This document shows positions 32,101 to 36,769 of a stretch of DNA of 64,000 nt, one piece after another. The notes below the pieces were generated by a model that ran no database searches, had not been told where the DNA came from, and saw only the letters and a program-made list of their open reading frames with translations. The DNA lies in NCBI GenBank assembly GCA_000002435.2, contig CM018793.1. One strand, written 5' to 3'. The first letter of the stretch is position 1; every line of letters starts with the position of its first letter. The translations under genes were made by a program, and so were the position numbers. Origin of the DNA: Giardia intestinalis (taxonomy: Eukaryota).

Positions 32101-35100
32101 GTCCTCGAGATGGCGAATCAAATTGTTGGCATGCTCAAGCTCACGTTCCAACGTATTTGACTTGCCCACAAGAGCCACAATATCCTTGTTGAGCTTATCT
32201 CGCTCTGATAATAGAGATGATAACTGTGACTGGAGCCCTGAAATTACTTCAGGATCGTCTCGCTTATTGTCAGTCAACTGAACCCGAAGATCGTCAAGTT
32301 CGCGCCGCAACTGAAGCCTCTCATCGTCTGCGCTGTTCAGAAGGGCAGATAACTTGTCCCTAACATCTTCCAATTCACAGATCTTTTCTTGTAAACTTTC
32401 TCGATCCAGTTTGAGCATGGAGATCTGCTTGTTCAGTTCGATAGTAGCTTTATCTGCAAGATGAAGATTATCTATGATAGCATCTTTCTGAGATAATTCA
32501 TCTTTCAATTGTTTTAGTTCTGCTTCCTTTGTATTGAGAGAATCAAGTGCAAGATGAAGTTCATCCGTTAGTGCCCTAATGCGATCATAGAGCTCCGTTA
32601 TCTTGTCAGCATTGTCTGGCGACTCAAGAGATGCGTATTGCGAATCCACGACACTTGGTGCATGAAGAAGCGAATCCTGTGATCCACGTATTTTTTCTTC
32701 TTGCACTGCTTGTAAGTTGCTCAATTTGGACTTGAGTTGACTAATTTCATCCAAAAGCATTGCGACGGTTTGGGATTGATCGACTGGTGCTCGTAGAATC
32801 GCGGACATCTGCTCTACACGATCACTCAACTGCTCGAGATCTTTTTGGTGCCTGCGCATTAGGTTCTGATTCTCTTTGCGAGCCATCTCTGGGTCTGCAA
32901 GCGCGTCTCTGCAAGCATCAAGAGACGCTACTGTGTTAGCTAAGTACTGCTTCACTACTTGATATGTTGGTTCCTTCGTGGAGAGTTCTGTCAAGACCTC
33001 TATCTCTTTCTGTGCGTGTTCAAGCCGGGCTCGCAAGTCCAGCAGCTCATTGTTGGTCTTCCTTTTGGAGGCAGTATAAGTGGCATCGGCATCTGCCTTT
33101 TCCTTTCGAAGAACTCCTAATTTATCGGATAGATCTTTAACCTTTTGTTCGTTGGAAGAGTTCTCAACTGAAAGCTTATCGTAAGCGCGTCTAATATCAA
33201 CTAGCTCGGCCTCCTTATCTAGAAGCTTATTTTGGGAAGCTGCGCATGTACTCATTGCTGTCTCAAGTTGTCGCTCCAGAGGATGAATTCGTTCATCCTT
33301 CTGCTTAAGCAAGGCCTCTAGCGAATTCTGTTCCTTGATAAGCGCGTTATTCTGCTCTTTAACGTCTTGGAGAGACTTAAGCAAAGCTTCATTCTTTGCT
33401 ACTAAATCAGCAAATTGTGGCGGTATGGGTTGTGGCGCAGATGTCTTTTCGAGATCAAGGATGTGGCGGTCTTTTTCACGTAGCTCAGCAGTAAGATTGT
33501 CAATGACCAGCTTGAGATGTTGGAGCTCAAGAGCTGCAGATTTATTTGCTTCGTTAGGTGCCGCCTCCTTATAAGTCACCAATAAGTTGTTCATGTCATC
33601 TATTTGTTTGTTCTTCTCAGTAAGCTGTGCTTTTAGATGCTGAATTTCTCCAAGAAGTCCCGTTATTTCCGACTGCAACTGGTCGATGGTGGCAAGGTTG
33701 CTCTCCTGTATCTTAGAACCAGATTTATTTAAGCGTAAAATTTCATCTGCCAGTTCCTTGATCTTCTGGTTGCGTAGCTGAATGTCATCCTCCTTAGAAA
33801 ACAGTGCAGATTGCAGACGGTCGACCTCATTCTTCAACTCATTGAGCTGTGCCTCCATAACTTTTATTGTCTCGCCATCTGAATCACTATCAGATTTATC
33901 GTGGCTTCTACTCAATAATTGCTGCCGAAGATCGAAGATTTCATTGTCCTTGTTTTCTATGTTAGCTGACATCTTCTTCAACGTGTGTCGGAGTGCGACA
34001 TTTTCGTCCTTGAGTTTTGCAACTTCCTTTCCTGCCAAATCACGCTGAGTAGCGCTTGCTGAAAGAGCCGCCTTAGATTGCTCTGAAGACATGCTAGTAT
34101 CTACTAGCTCGGCTCTCAAACGGCGAATGGTTTGATTGGCGTTGTCTAGCTTCTGCTCTAGGCCTAATATGTCACTGCGCAAGGTGTCGATTTCACGGTC
34201 CTTGGCAGATCCGGTGTCCCTGAGTTTCGCCAAGAGAATGTTCTTCTCTACTGCATCATCCTTGAGCTGATGGATTAACTGAGCCATCCCATCAGCGTCT
34301 TTGTGGAGCCGGTTGATCTCTTGCTTAAATGCATTAACTGCCGCTCCATGCGGATGGCTTGTTGCGTCATTGATGCCTGCCCTGAGCTCACTGATCATTG
34401 CAGCCTTCTTGGTATTGTCCTGACGAGACTCATCTAACTGAGCCTGCAATCTAATAATCTCCTGATTCATCTGATTGACTTGATTTTGAAGTGCCTGATT
34501 CTGGACGATTATTATTGAAGACTCATCGTTCAAAGAGGCAATCTTGCGTTCCATCTCAGTTATCTTTCTCTCAAGATCGCCTTCTATTTGGGATCGGCTA
34601 AGCATAGACAGGTCCACATTGCGACCCGGGAAATCTTTCACTATATCTACAATAGAACTGGATAAACCAAAAGAGCTGACAGTTGGGTCATCCTTACTCA
34701 GCTTTGCGGGGTCGGGAATGAGATCTGATACTACTTCTGGTAGTAGGTGAGACTCTAGAGGGTAGAGGATGCGTGCAACATCCCAGTGCTTATTCTGAGC
34801 TGCTAAAATAAGGGCTGTCTTGGCATCCTTAGAGATGTGCTCCTTCTCTCTCAACACAAGATGCTGTGCTGCCTCAAATTGTCCTGCTTCTGCTGCATAC
34901 ATTAGCGCCGTCCTGCCCATTAGATCAGTGCGACATTTCTGATAAGGTAGAAGGTTTATCGTCGAGTCGACTGCGCCAGCAGCTGCAGCAAGCATCAACG
35001 GCGTGCGCCCGTCTGGTAGAACAAGATTCATTTCATAGGGAACAAGGCGTTTGCAGGCCTCCCCCTCATTGCAGACAGCAGCAAGCATAAGGGCAGTATA

Positions 35101-35301
35101 GCCATCGTTGTTAACTAGAGAGTGCTCAAAGCAGCCTAAAAGACGAACCATTTCAATGTCACGGTTCCGGACGGCGTGCATGAGTGCAGTTTCCCCTTGA
35201 CGGTCAACGGACTTCTGGTAGGTGGGAAGGTTATACCTAACTGCCTCTACGTCGCCATTGTTAACACACGCGAACCATGCCTCCTTCGAATCCAGAAACA
35301 T
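11194..35301 (-). CDS. Giant (8035 aa) ankyrin-repeat plus coiled-coil protein. About 6.7 kaa of it is tandem repeats of 503- and 566-aa units.
   Basis: ATG confirmed at 35299-35301 (cat on plus). The N-terminal ~180 aa carry ankyrin-repeat motifs (GETALMHAV, GYTALMLAA, GRTPLMLAAAAG, GRTALMYAAEAG, KTALILAAQN). The rest is continuous heptad-rich coiled coil. It is a single open frame through all the repeats. Confidence 0.75.
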   Translation of the reverse strand: MFLDSKEAWFACVNNGDVEAVRYNLPTYQKSVDRQGETALMHAVRNRDIEMVRLLGCFEHSLVNNDGYTALMLAAVCNEGEACKRLVPYEMNLVLPDGRTPLMLAAAAGAVDSTINLLPYQKCRTDLMGRTALMYAAEAGQFEAAQHLVLREKEHISKDAKTALILAAQNKHWDVARILYPLESHLLPEVVSDLIPDPAKLSKDDPTVSSFGLSSSIVDIVKDFPGRNVDLSMLSRSQIEGDLERKITEMERKIASLNDESSIIIVQNQALQNQVNQMNQEIIRLQAQLDESRQDNTKKAAMISELRAGINDATSHPHGAAVNAFKQEINRLHKDADGMAQLIHQLKDDAVEKNILLAKLRDTGSAKDREIDTLRSDILGLEQKLDNANQTIRRLRAELVDTSMSSEQSKAALSASATQRDLAGKEVAKLKDENVALRHTLKKMSANIENKDNEIFDLRQQLLSRSHDKSDSDSDGETIKVMEAQLNELKNEVDRLQSALFSKEDDIQLRNQKIKELADEILRLNKSGSKIQESNLATIDQLQSEITGLLGEIQHLKAQLTEKNKQIDDMNNLLVTYKEAAPNEANKSAALELQHLKLVIDNLTAELREKDRHILDLEKTSAPQPIPPQFADLVAKNEALLKSLQDVKEQNNALIKEQNSLEALLKQKDERIHPLERQLETAMSTCAASQNKLLDKEAELVDIRRAYDKLSVENSSNEQKVKDLSDKLGVLRKEKADADATYTASKRKTNNELLDLRARLEHAQKEIEVLTELSTKEPTYQVVKQYLANTVASLDACRDALADPEMARKENQNLMRRHQKDLEQLSDRVEQMSAILRAPVDQSQTVAMLLDEISQLKSKLSNLQAVQEEKIRGSQDSLLHAPSVVDSQYASLESPDNADKITELYDRIRALTDELHLALDSLNTKEAELKQLKDELSQKDAIIDNLHLADKATIELNKQISMLKLDRESLQEKICELEDVRDKLSALLNSADDERLQLRRELDDLRVQLTDNKRDDPEVISGLQSQLSSLLSERDKLNKDIVALVGKSNTLERELEHANNLIRHLEDESAALTDKLEAREKALAEAIDGIADHGDAAQQLQQELAALRRDAAENAAALREAREQAAAHQEDAQLKAAQLEDLSEELARLREQAAEDAVRARDAEALAERAAELEAQAKAAEERLADARAKIAELEAHAAAGTEALADAAEKFRAKAQQAQGGDEAIRRLEADVRAAEAERDEARAALDKALDEAAALEAEHKNLEAERDALAAQLAEAQDALQTARAQLAAAEDRVSALTENLGAMNDAKAQVHYLEEAARDKDTLAQRQADEIAELRRELQEAHDKIDALSHLEQQASDSKERTQMLEDYLSELKSKQIDAGMQEMELGTLRKELEQKQGELDEKTVALDMLRNEAERLREEADNRERELQQLRAQDNEGAAERIVQLEAERDDLHATLDAKDKEIGQLSDELSRTTASVEAARTRIQALEDEAAARAEQAEESAAKTARLRNRVDELESALQSLGRKAEARAEEVRDRERQLTAMDLKRSATDGALEDAQNRIRRLEDESAALTDKLEAREKALAEAIDGIADHGDAAQQLQQELAALRRDAAENAAALREAREQAAAHQEDAQLKAAQLEDLSEELARLREQAAEDAVRARDAEALAERAAELEAQAKAAEERLADARAKIAELEAHAAAGTEALADAAEKFRAKAQQAQGGDEAIRRLEADVRAAEAERDEARAALDKALDEAAALEAEHKNLEAERDALAAQLAEAQDALQTARAQLAAAEDRVSALTENLGAMNDAKAQIREMQDTIPDLRQAIRQHQEEIIQLQQTLVASQMEFARRTHEAQANEIQMAELLDNLNAQMDEIATMKLEAEESQDLVDRVAQLERDKKELLTEVADLKKLNKASEERANDSKERTQRLEDFVSELKSQMSDTQIYTIEASALRKELEQKQGELDEKTVALDMLRNEAERLREEADNRERELQQLRAQDNEGAAERIVQLEAERDDLHATLDAKDKEIGQLSDELSRTTASVEAARTRIQALEDEAAARAEQAEESAAKTARLRNRVDELESALQSLGRKAEARAEEVRDRERQLTAMDLKRSATDGALEDAQNRIRRLEDESAALTDKLEAREKALAEAIDGIADHGDAAQQLQQELAALRRDAAENAAALREAREQAAAHQEDAQLKAAQLEDLSEELARLREQAAEDAVRARDAEALAERAAELEAQAKAAEERLADARAKIAELEAHAAAGTEALADAAEKFRAKAQQAQGGDEAIRRLEADVRAAEAERDEARAALDKALDEAAALEAEHKNLEAERDALAAQLAEAQDALQTARAQLAAAEDRVSALTENLGAMNDAKAQIREMQDTIPDLRQAIRQHQEEIIQLQQTLVASQMEFARRTHEAQANEIQMAELLDNLNAQMDEIATMKLEAEESQDLVDRVAQLERDKKELLTEVADLKKLNKASEERANDSKERTQRLEDFVSELKSQMSDTQIYTIEASALRKELEQKQGELDEKTVALDMLRNEAERLREEADNRERELQQLRAQDNEGAAERIVQLEAERDDLHATLDAKDKEIGQLSDELSRTTASVEAARTRIQALEDEAAARAEQAEESAAKTARLRNRVDELESALQSLGRKAEARAEEVRDRERQLTAMDLKRSATDGALEDAQNRIRRLEDESAALTDKLEAREKALAEAIDGIADHGDAAQQLQQELAALRRDAAENAAALREAREQAAAHQEDAQLKAAQLEDLSEELARLREQAAEDAVRARDAEALAERAAELEAQAKAAEERLADARAKIAELEAHAAAGTEALADAAEKFRAKAQQAQGGDEAIRRLEADVRAAEAERDEARAALDKALDEAAALEAEHKNLEAERDALAAQLAEAQDALQTARAQLAAAEDRVSALTENLGAMNDAKAQVHYLEEAARDKDTLAQRQADEIAELRRELQEAHDKIDALSHLEQQASDSKERTQMLEDYLSELKSKQIDAGMQEMELGTLRKELEQKQGELDEKTVALDMLRNEAERLREEADNRERELQQLRAQDNEGAAERIVQLEAERDDLHATLDAKDKEIGQLSDELSRTTASVEAARTRIQALEDEAAARAEQAEESAAKTARLRNRVDELESALQSLGRKAEARAEEVRDRERQLTAMDLKRSATDGALEDAQNRIRRLEDESAALTDKLEAREKALAEAIDGIADHGDAAQQLQQELAALRRDAAENAAALREAREQAAAHQEDAQLKAAQLEDLSEELARLREQAAEDAVRARDAEALAERAAELEAQAKAAEERLADARAKIAELEAHAAAGTEALADAAEKFRAKAQQAQGGDEAIRRLEADVRAAEAERDEARAALDKALDEAAALEAEHKNLEAERDALAAQLAEAQDALQTARAQLAAAEDRVSALTENLGAMNDAKAQIREMQDTIPDLRQAIRQHQEEIIQLQQTLVASQMEFARRTHEAQANEIQMAELLDNLNAQMDEIATMKLEAEESQDLVDRVAQLERDKKELLTEVADLKKLNKASEERANDSKERTQRLEDFVSELKSQMSDTQIYTIEASALRKELEQKQGELDEKTVALDMLRNEAERLREEADNRERELQQLRAQDNEGAAERIVQLEAERDDLHATLDAKDKEIGQLSDELSRTTASVEAARTRIQALEDEAAARAEQAEESAAKTARLRNRVDELESALQSLGRKAEARAEEVRDRERQLTAMDLKRSATDGALEDAQNRIRRLEDESAALTDKLEAREKALAEAIDGIADHGDAAQQLQQELAALRRDAAENAAALREAREQAAAHQEDAQLKAAQLEDLSEELARLREQAAEDAVRARDAEALAERAAELEAQAKAAEERLADARAKIAELEAHAAAGTEALADAAEKFRAKAQQAQGGDEAIRRLEADVRAAEAERDEARAALDKALDEAAALEAEHKNLEAERDALAAQLAEAQDALQTARAQLAAAEDRVSALTENLGAMNDAKAQIREMQDTIPDLRQAIRQHQEEIIQLQQTLVASQMEFARRTHEAQANEIQMAELLDNLNAQMDEIATMKLEAEESQDLVDRVAQLERDKKELLTEVADLKKLNKASEERANDSKERTQRLEDFVSELKSQMSDTQIYTIEASALRKELEQKQGELDEKTVALDMLRNEAERLREEADNRERELQQLRAQDNEGAAERIVQLEAERDDLHATLDAKDKEIGQLSDELSRTTASVEAARTRIQALEDEAAARAEQAEESAAKTARLRNRVDELESALQSLGRKAEARAEEVRDRERQLTAMDLKRSATDGALEDAQNRIRRLEDESAALTDKLEAREKALAEAIDGIADHGDAAQQLQQELAALRRDAAENAAALREAREQAAAHQEDAQLKAAQLEDLSEELARLREQAAEDAVRARDAEALAERAAELEAQAKAAEERLADARAKIAELEAHAAAGTEALADAAEKFRAKAQQAQGGDEAIRRLEADVRAAEAERDEARAALDKALDEAAALEAEHKNLEAERDALAAQLAEAQDALQTARAQLAAAEDRVSALTENLGAMNDAKAQIREMQDTIPDLRQAIRQHQEEIIQLQQTLVASQMEFARRTHEAQANEIQMAELLDNLNAQMDEIATMKLEAEESQDLVDRVAQLERDKKELLTEVADLKKLNKASEERANDSKERTQRLEDFVSELKSQMSDTQIYTIEASALRKELEQKQGELDEKTVALDMLRNEAERLREEADNRERELQQLRAQDNEGAAERIVQLEAERDDLHATLDAKDKEIGQLSDELSRTTASVEAARTRIQALEDEAAARAEQAEESAAKTARLRNRVDELESALQSLGRKAEARAEEVRDRERQLTAMDLKRSATDGALEDAQNRIRRLEDESAALTDKLEAREKALAEAIDGIADHGDAAQQLQQELAALRRDAAENAAALREAREQAAAHQEDAQLKAAQLEDLSEELARLREQAAEDAVRARDAEALAERAAELEAQAKAAEERLADARAKIAELEAHAAAGTEALADAAEKFRAKAQQAQGGDEAIRRLEADVRAAEAERDEARAALDKALDEAAALEAEHKNLEAERDALAAQLAEAQDALQTARAQLAAAEDRVSALTENLGAMNDAKAQIREMQDTIPDLRQAIRQHQEEIIQLQQTLVASQMEFARRTHEAQANEIQMAELLDNLNAQMDEIATMKLEAEESQDLVDRVAQLERDKKELLTEVADLKKLNKASEERANDSKERTQRLEDFVSELKSQMSDTQIYTIEASALRKELEQKQGELDEKTVALDMLRNEAERLREEADNRERELQQLRAQDNEGAAERIVQLEAERDDLHATLDAKDKEIGQLSDELSRTTASVEAARTRIQALEDEAAARAEQAEESAAKTARLRNRVDELESALQSLGRKAEARAEEVRDRERQLTAMDLKRSATDGALEDAQNRIRRLEDESAALTDKLEAREKALAEAIDGIADHGDAAQQLQQELAALRRDAAENAAALREAREQAAAHQEDAQLKAAQLEDLSEELARLREQAAEDAVRARDAEALAERAAELEAQAKAAEERLADARAKIAELEAHAAAGTEALADAAEKFRAKAQQAQGGDEAIRRLEADVRAAEAERDEARAALDKALDEAAALEAEHKNLEAERDALAAQLAEAQDALQTARAQLAAAEDRVSALTENLGAMNDAKAQVHYLEEAARDKDTLAQRQADEIAELRRELQEAHDKIDALSHLEQQASDSKERTQMLEDYLSELKSKQIDAGMQEMELGTLRKELEQKQGELDEKTVALDMLRNEAERLREEADNRERELQQLRAQDNEGAAERIVQLEAERDDLHATLDAKDKEIGQLSDELSRTTASVEAARTRIQALEDEAAARAEQAEESAAKTARLRNRVDELESALQSLGRKAEARAEEVRDRERQLTAMDLKRSATDGALEDAQNRIRRLEDESAALTDKLEAREKALAEAIDGIADHGDAAQQLQQELAALRRDAAENAAALREAREQAAAHQEDAQLKAAQLEDLSEELARLREQAAEDAVRARDAEALAERAAELEAQAKAAEERLADARAKIAELEAHAAAGTEALADAAEKFRAKAQQAQGGDEAIRRLEADVRAAEAERDEARAALDKALDEAAALEAEHKNLEAERDALAAQLAEAQDALQTARAQLAAAEDRVSALTENLGAMNDAKAQVHYLEEAARDKDTLAQRQADEIAELRRELQEAHDKIDALSHLEQQASDSKERTQMLEDYLSELKSKQIDAGMQEMELGTLRKELEQKQGELDEKTVALDMLRNEAERLREEADNRERELQQLRAQDNEGAAERIVQLEAERDDLHATLDAKDKEIGQLSDELSRTTASVEAARTRIQALEDEAAARAEQAEESAAKTARLRNRVDELESALQSLGRKAEARAEEVRDRERQLTAMDLKRSATDGALEDAQNRIRRLEDESAALTDKLEAREKALAEAIDGIADHGDAAQQLQQELAALRRDAAENAAALREAREQAAAHQEDAQLKAAQLEDLSEELARLREQAAEDAVRARDAEALAERAAELEAQAKAAEERLADARAKIAELEAHAAAGTEALADAAEKFRAKAQQAQGGDEAIRRLEADVRAAEAERDEARAALDKALDEAAALEAEHKNLEAERDALAAQLAEAQDALQTARAQLAAAEDRVSALTENLGAMNDAKAQVHYLEEAARDKDTLAQRQADEIAELRRELQEAHDKIDALSHLEQQASDSKERTQMLEDYLSELKSKQIDAGMQEMELGTLRKELEQKQGELDEKTVALDMLRNEAERLREEADNRERELQQLRAQDNEGAAERIVQLEAERDDLHATLDAKDKEIGQLSDELSRTTASVEAARTRIQALEDEAAARAEQAEESAAKTARLRNRVDELESALQSLGRKAEARAEEVRDRERQLTAMDLKRSATDGALEDAQNRIRRLEDESAALTDKLEAREKALAEAIDGIADHGDAAQQLQQELAALRRDAAENAAALREAREQAAAHQEDAQLKAAQLEDLSEELARLREQAAEDAVRARDAEALAERAAELEAQAKAAEERLADARAKIVELEAHAAAGTEALADAAEKFRAKAQQAQGGDEAIRRLEADVRAAEAERDEARAALDKALDEAAALEAEHKNLEAERDALAAQLAEAQDALQTARAQLAAAEDRVSALTENLGAMNDAKAQVHYLEEAARDKDTLAQRQADEIAELRRELQEAHDKIDALSHLEQQASDSKERTQMLEDYLSELKSKQIDAGMQEMELGTLRKELEQKQGELDEKTVALDMLRNEAERLREEADNRERELQQLRAQDNEGAAERIVQLEAERDDLHATLDAKDKEIGQLSDELSRTTASVEAARTRIQALEDEAAARAEQAEESAAKTARLRNRVDELESALQSLGRKAEARAEEVRDRERQLTAMDLKRSATDGALEDAQNRIRRLEDESAALTDKLEAREKALAEAIDGIADHGDAAQQLQQELAALRRDAAENAAALREAREQAAAHQEDAQLKAAQLEDLSEELARLREQAAEDAVRARDAEALAERAAELEAQAKAAEERLADARAKIAELEAHAAAGTEALADAAEKFRAKAQQAQGGDEAIRRLEADVRAAEAERDEARAALDKALDEAAALEAEHKNLEAERDALAAQLAEAQDALQTARAQLAAAEDRVSALTENLGAMNDAKAQIREMQDTIPDLRQAIRQHQEEIIQLQQTLVASQTNTVVHTFETGKEFLNGLIKSSAILSSLDSKIDSAALTEELAILKHEIDRLQSLAHKDLKLHDETVSQSVDNLVLLLNSRNAEVERKISEISRLKEEIAILEERIQAKDNKILEYKDALNERFDWTYNSDPGEETLALRDEVQKLTDDLHYTEDELARVITAVGQLEHALTKLREANIEKNSELVRLRNILHENNINFALDASISDARINTSLQHLSGLKNDLYAKAREAELSLDGKDSYLTSPEAVSLKAELSMLKRELAEKDCIIAELQKAQNA
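13270..14778. repeat. Representative A-type period: a 357-bp AT-richer linker plus a 1152-bp GC-rich core.
   Basis: On the coding strand the A linker encodes VHYLEEAARDKDTLAQRQADEIAELRRELQEAHDKIDALSHLEQQASDSKERTQMLEDYLSELKSKQIDAGMQEMELGTLRKELEQ. Confidence 0.8.
19306..21003. repeat. Representative B-type period: a 546-bp linker plus a 1152-bp core.
   Basis: The B linker encodes IREMQDTIPDLRQAIRQHQEEIIQLQQTLVASQMEFARRTHEAQANEIQMAELLDNLNAQMDEIATMKLEAEESQDLVDRVAQLERDKKELLTEVADLKKLNKASEERANDSKERTQRLEDFVSELKSQMSDTQIYTIEASALRKELEQ. This is 63 aa longer than the A linker. Confidence 0.8.
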
Positions 35302-35340
35302 TTTAAATTCACTAAACTGAGCGCGGAGCTCTTTTTTTGA
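35302..35340 (-). promoter_or_regulatory. A 39-bp spacer that serves two genes. It holds a putative poly(A) signal, AGTGAAT, for the upstream kinase gene, and an AT-rich initiator for the giant gene.
   Basis: The coding-strand sequence runs from the kinase stop codon: tca aaaaaagagctccgcgctcagtttAGTGAATttaaa ATG. AGTGAAT fits the AGTRAAY consensus reported for Giardia poly(A) signals. Confidence 0.4.
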
Positions 35341-36741
35341 TCACGAGTAATCGTCGGCGGAGACGAGTAGCCGACAGAGCCCGAGGCATGCGTCACCCTT
35401 TTCGCCTGCTATCCGCTCAAATATCCACGATAGAAGCTCTGTCTCCCGGTCCCACGTCGTGCAGGAGTTGTCTGTCCACGCTGTTTTAGACTTATATATG
35501 TCGTTAAAGTGTGGTGGTATGTCCAACAACGTAATGTCTCTGAGCATATCTACATCTTGAAATGAGTATGTTAGGCGTACGATAGAAACCAACTGACTTG
35601 CAACGGTACTATCATGGTCCACCAGGAGCACGAGCTGTGAGAAAATGTGTGACAGAATTGGATCTGAGTTGTACTTGAATGCAGACGACGCACTCTCTGG
35701 TATATCGCCTGTCATCCGCCTGCCTGTGGAATATGTGGGGGAGGCCCCGCCTTGGCGAATACTCTGTATAGCGTTGTTTTCTGCCTCTACTCCTTGCTTA
35801 ATGTAAATATTTATCTTGCTCGTATTGCTAAATATATCTGCCTCGGAAATGGCTTGATCTGAAATACTCTTAGAAAGCCTAGATGCAAATGCATTCCCTA
35901 CTGCTGCTGTGGGAGGATCAAATGACTCTGGATGAGGTAGGTTAAGCTCGAAAATAAATGGTGCAATCAGATCATGCCCACAAAGCTGGGCAGCAGTCAT
36001 CCGCTGATCTGGGACCTGATTCAATAGGTTTAGACAGATATCTCGCAGCTTGGACGAGTATATTCCGGGCAGCTCGGGAACCTTACCGGAAACGATCTTC
36101 ATTATGAGGGTGTTAATGTTCTTGGCTTGAAACGCTGTTTTAAGGCAGAGTATCTCGAAGATCATGCACCCAAGTGACCACATATCAGACTGTGAATTGT
36201 AGGAAGTCCCCTGAATCAGCTCTGGAGACATATAGAGGGGAGAGCCTATGAATGTGGAGGCCATTGAGCCGGGGTTTATCGTGCGTGCTATTCCAAAGTC
36301 ACCTATATGCACATTGAGATCCTGATCAAGGAAGATGTTTTGAGACTTCAGGTCTCTGTGAATAAGCCCTTTGCTATGAATGTACCAGAGAGCAGATGCA
36401 AGCTGAGCAATCCACCGTAAGACCTGCGACTCCTCAAAGTGCATTTGGCTCTTGTGATGCCTCTTGATCAGTGAAGTGAGCTCCCCATGTTCGCAGTATG
36501 TCATCGCAATATACAGAAAGCCGTCCTCCTTAAAGGACTCTATGCCACGAACAATATTAGGATGGTCCATGGTCAGTAGGATAGCAGATTCTCGCTCTGT
36601 GTTCCGGACCTCTGTGTCCTGCATATCTTCCATACTAATCTCCTTTATCACAACGTGTAAGCCTGTGCGCTTATCACAGCAGAGGAAGCATTCCCCAAAG
36701 GAACCCTCCCCTATCTTTCTAATAACGGTGTAATGCTCCAT
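35341..36741 (-). CDS. Ser/Thr protein kinase, NEK-like (467 aa from the first ATG), with a ~190-aa non-catalytic C-terminal region.
   Basis: The track start at 36795 is GTG. The first ATG, at 36739-36741, gives MEHYTVIRKIGEGSFG, which is the Gly-rich loop. Other kinase motifs are present: VVIKEI (VAIK), HRDLKSQN (catalytic loop), DFG, SPE and DMWSLGC. Confidence 0.8.
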   Translation of the reverse strand: MEHYTVIRKIGEGSFGECFLCCDKRTGLHVVIKEISMEDMQDTEVRNTERESAILLTMDHPNIVRGIESFKEDGFLYIAMTYCEHGELTSLIKRHHKSQMHFEESQVLRWIAQLASALWYIHSKGLIHRDLKSQNIFLDQDLNVHIGDFGIARTINPGSMASTFIGSPLYMSPELIQGTSYNSQSDMWSLGCMIFEILCLKTAFQAKNINTLIMKIVSGKVPELPGIYSSKLRDICLNLLNQVPDQRMTAAQLCGHDLIAPFIFELNLPHPESFDPPTAAVGNAFASRLSKSISDQAISEADIFSNTSKINIYIKQGVEAENNAIQSIRQGGASPTYSTGRRMTGDIPESASSAFKYNSDPILSHIFSQLVLLVDHDSTVASQLVSIVRLTYSFQDVDMLRDITLLDIPPHFNDIYKSKTAWTDNSCTTWDRETELLSWIFERIAGEKGDACLGLCRLLVSADDYS

Positions 36742-36769
36742 GAGAGAATTTACCTTTGAATTGCCCTTC

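Larger units (their letters stand above)
12029..32115. repeat. Intragenic tandem array of 12 complete ~1152-bp cores plus one partial core, separated by two linker types. The resulting periods are 1509 bp (A) and 1698 bp (B). Order on the plus strand is B-partial, A, A, A, A, B, B, B, B, A, B, B, A, then a partial core.
   Basis: Identical six-frame ORF translations recur with spurious-ORF end anchors at 13269, 14778, 16287, 17796, 19305, 21003, 22701, 24399, 26097, 27606, 29304 and 31002. The sum 5x1509 + 6x1698 = 17733 matches the span between the first and last anchor. Confidence 0.9.

Noticed and set aside
12052-32160. Dozens of long plus-strand ORFs of 383-425 aa, plus alternative-frame minus-strand ORFs of 331, 216, 118, 99, 89, 86, 84, 82 and 60 aa, each recurring once per repeat unit.
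   Set aside because: They lie entirely within the GC-rich Ala/Glu/Arg coiled-coil cores of the 8035-aa gene. They are stop-codon-free because of composition. They translate to low-complexity G/L/A/R/P strings. They recur only because the DNA is repeated. They are not independent genes.
11890-32160. The possibility that the regular tandem array is a CRISPR array or a satellite.
   Set aside because: The units are 1.5-1.7 kb, not 25-50 bp repeats with spacers. They are in-frame protein-coding parts of one ORF. The locus shows eukaryotic gene organisation.
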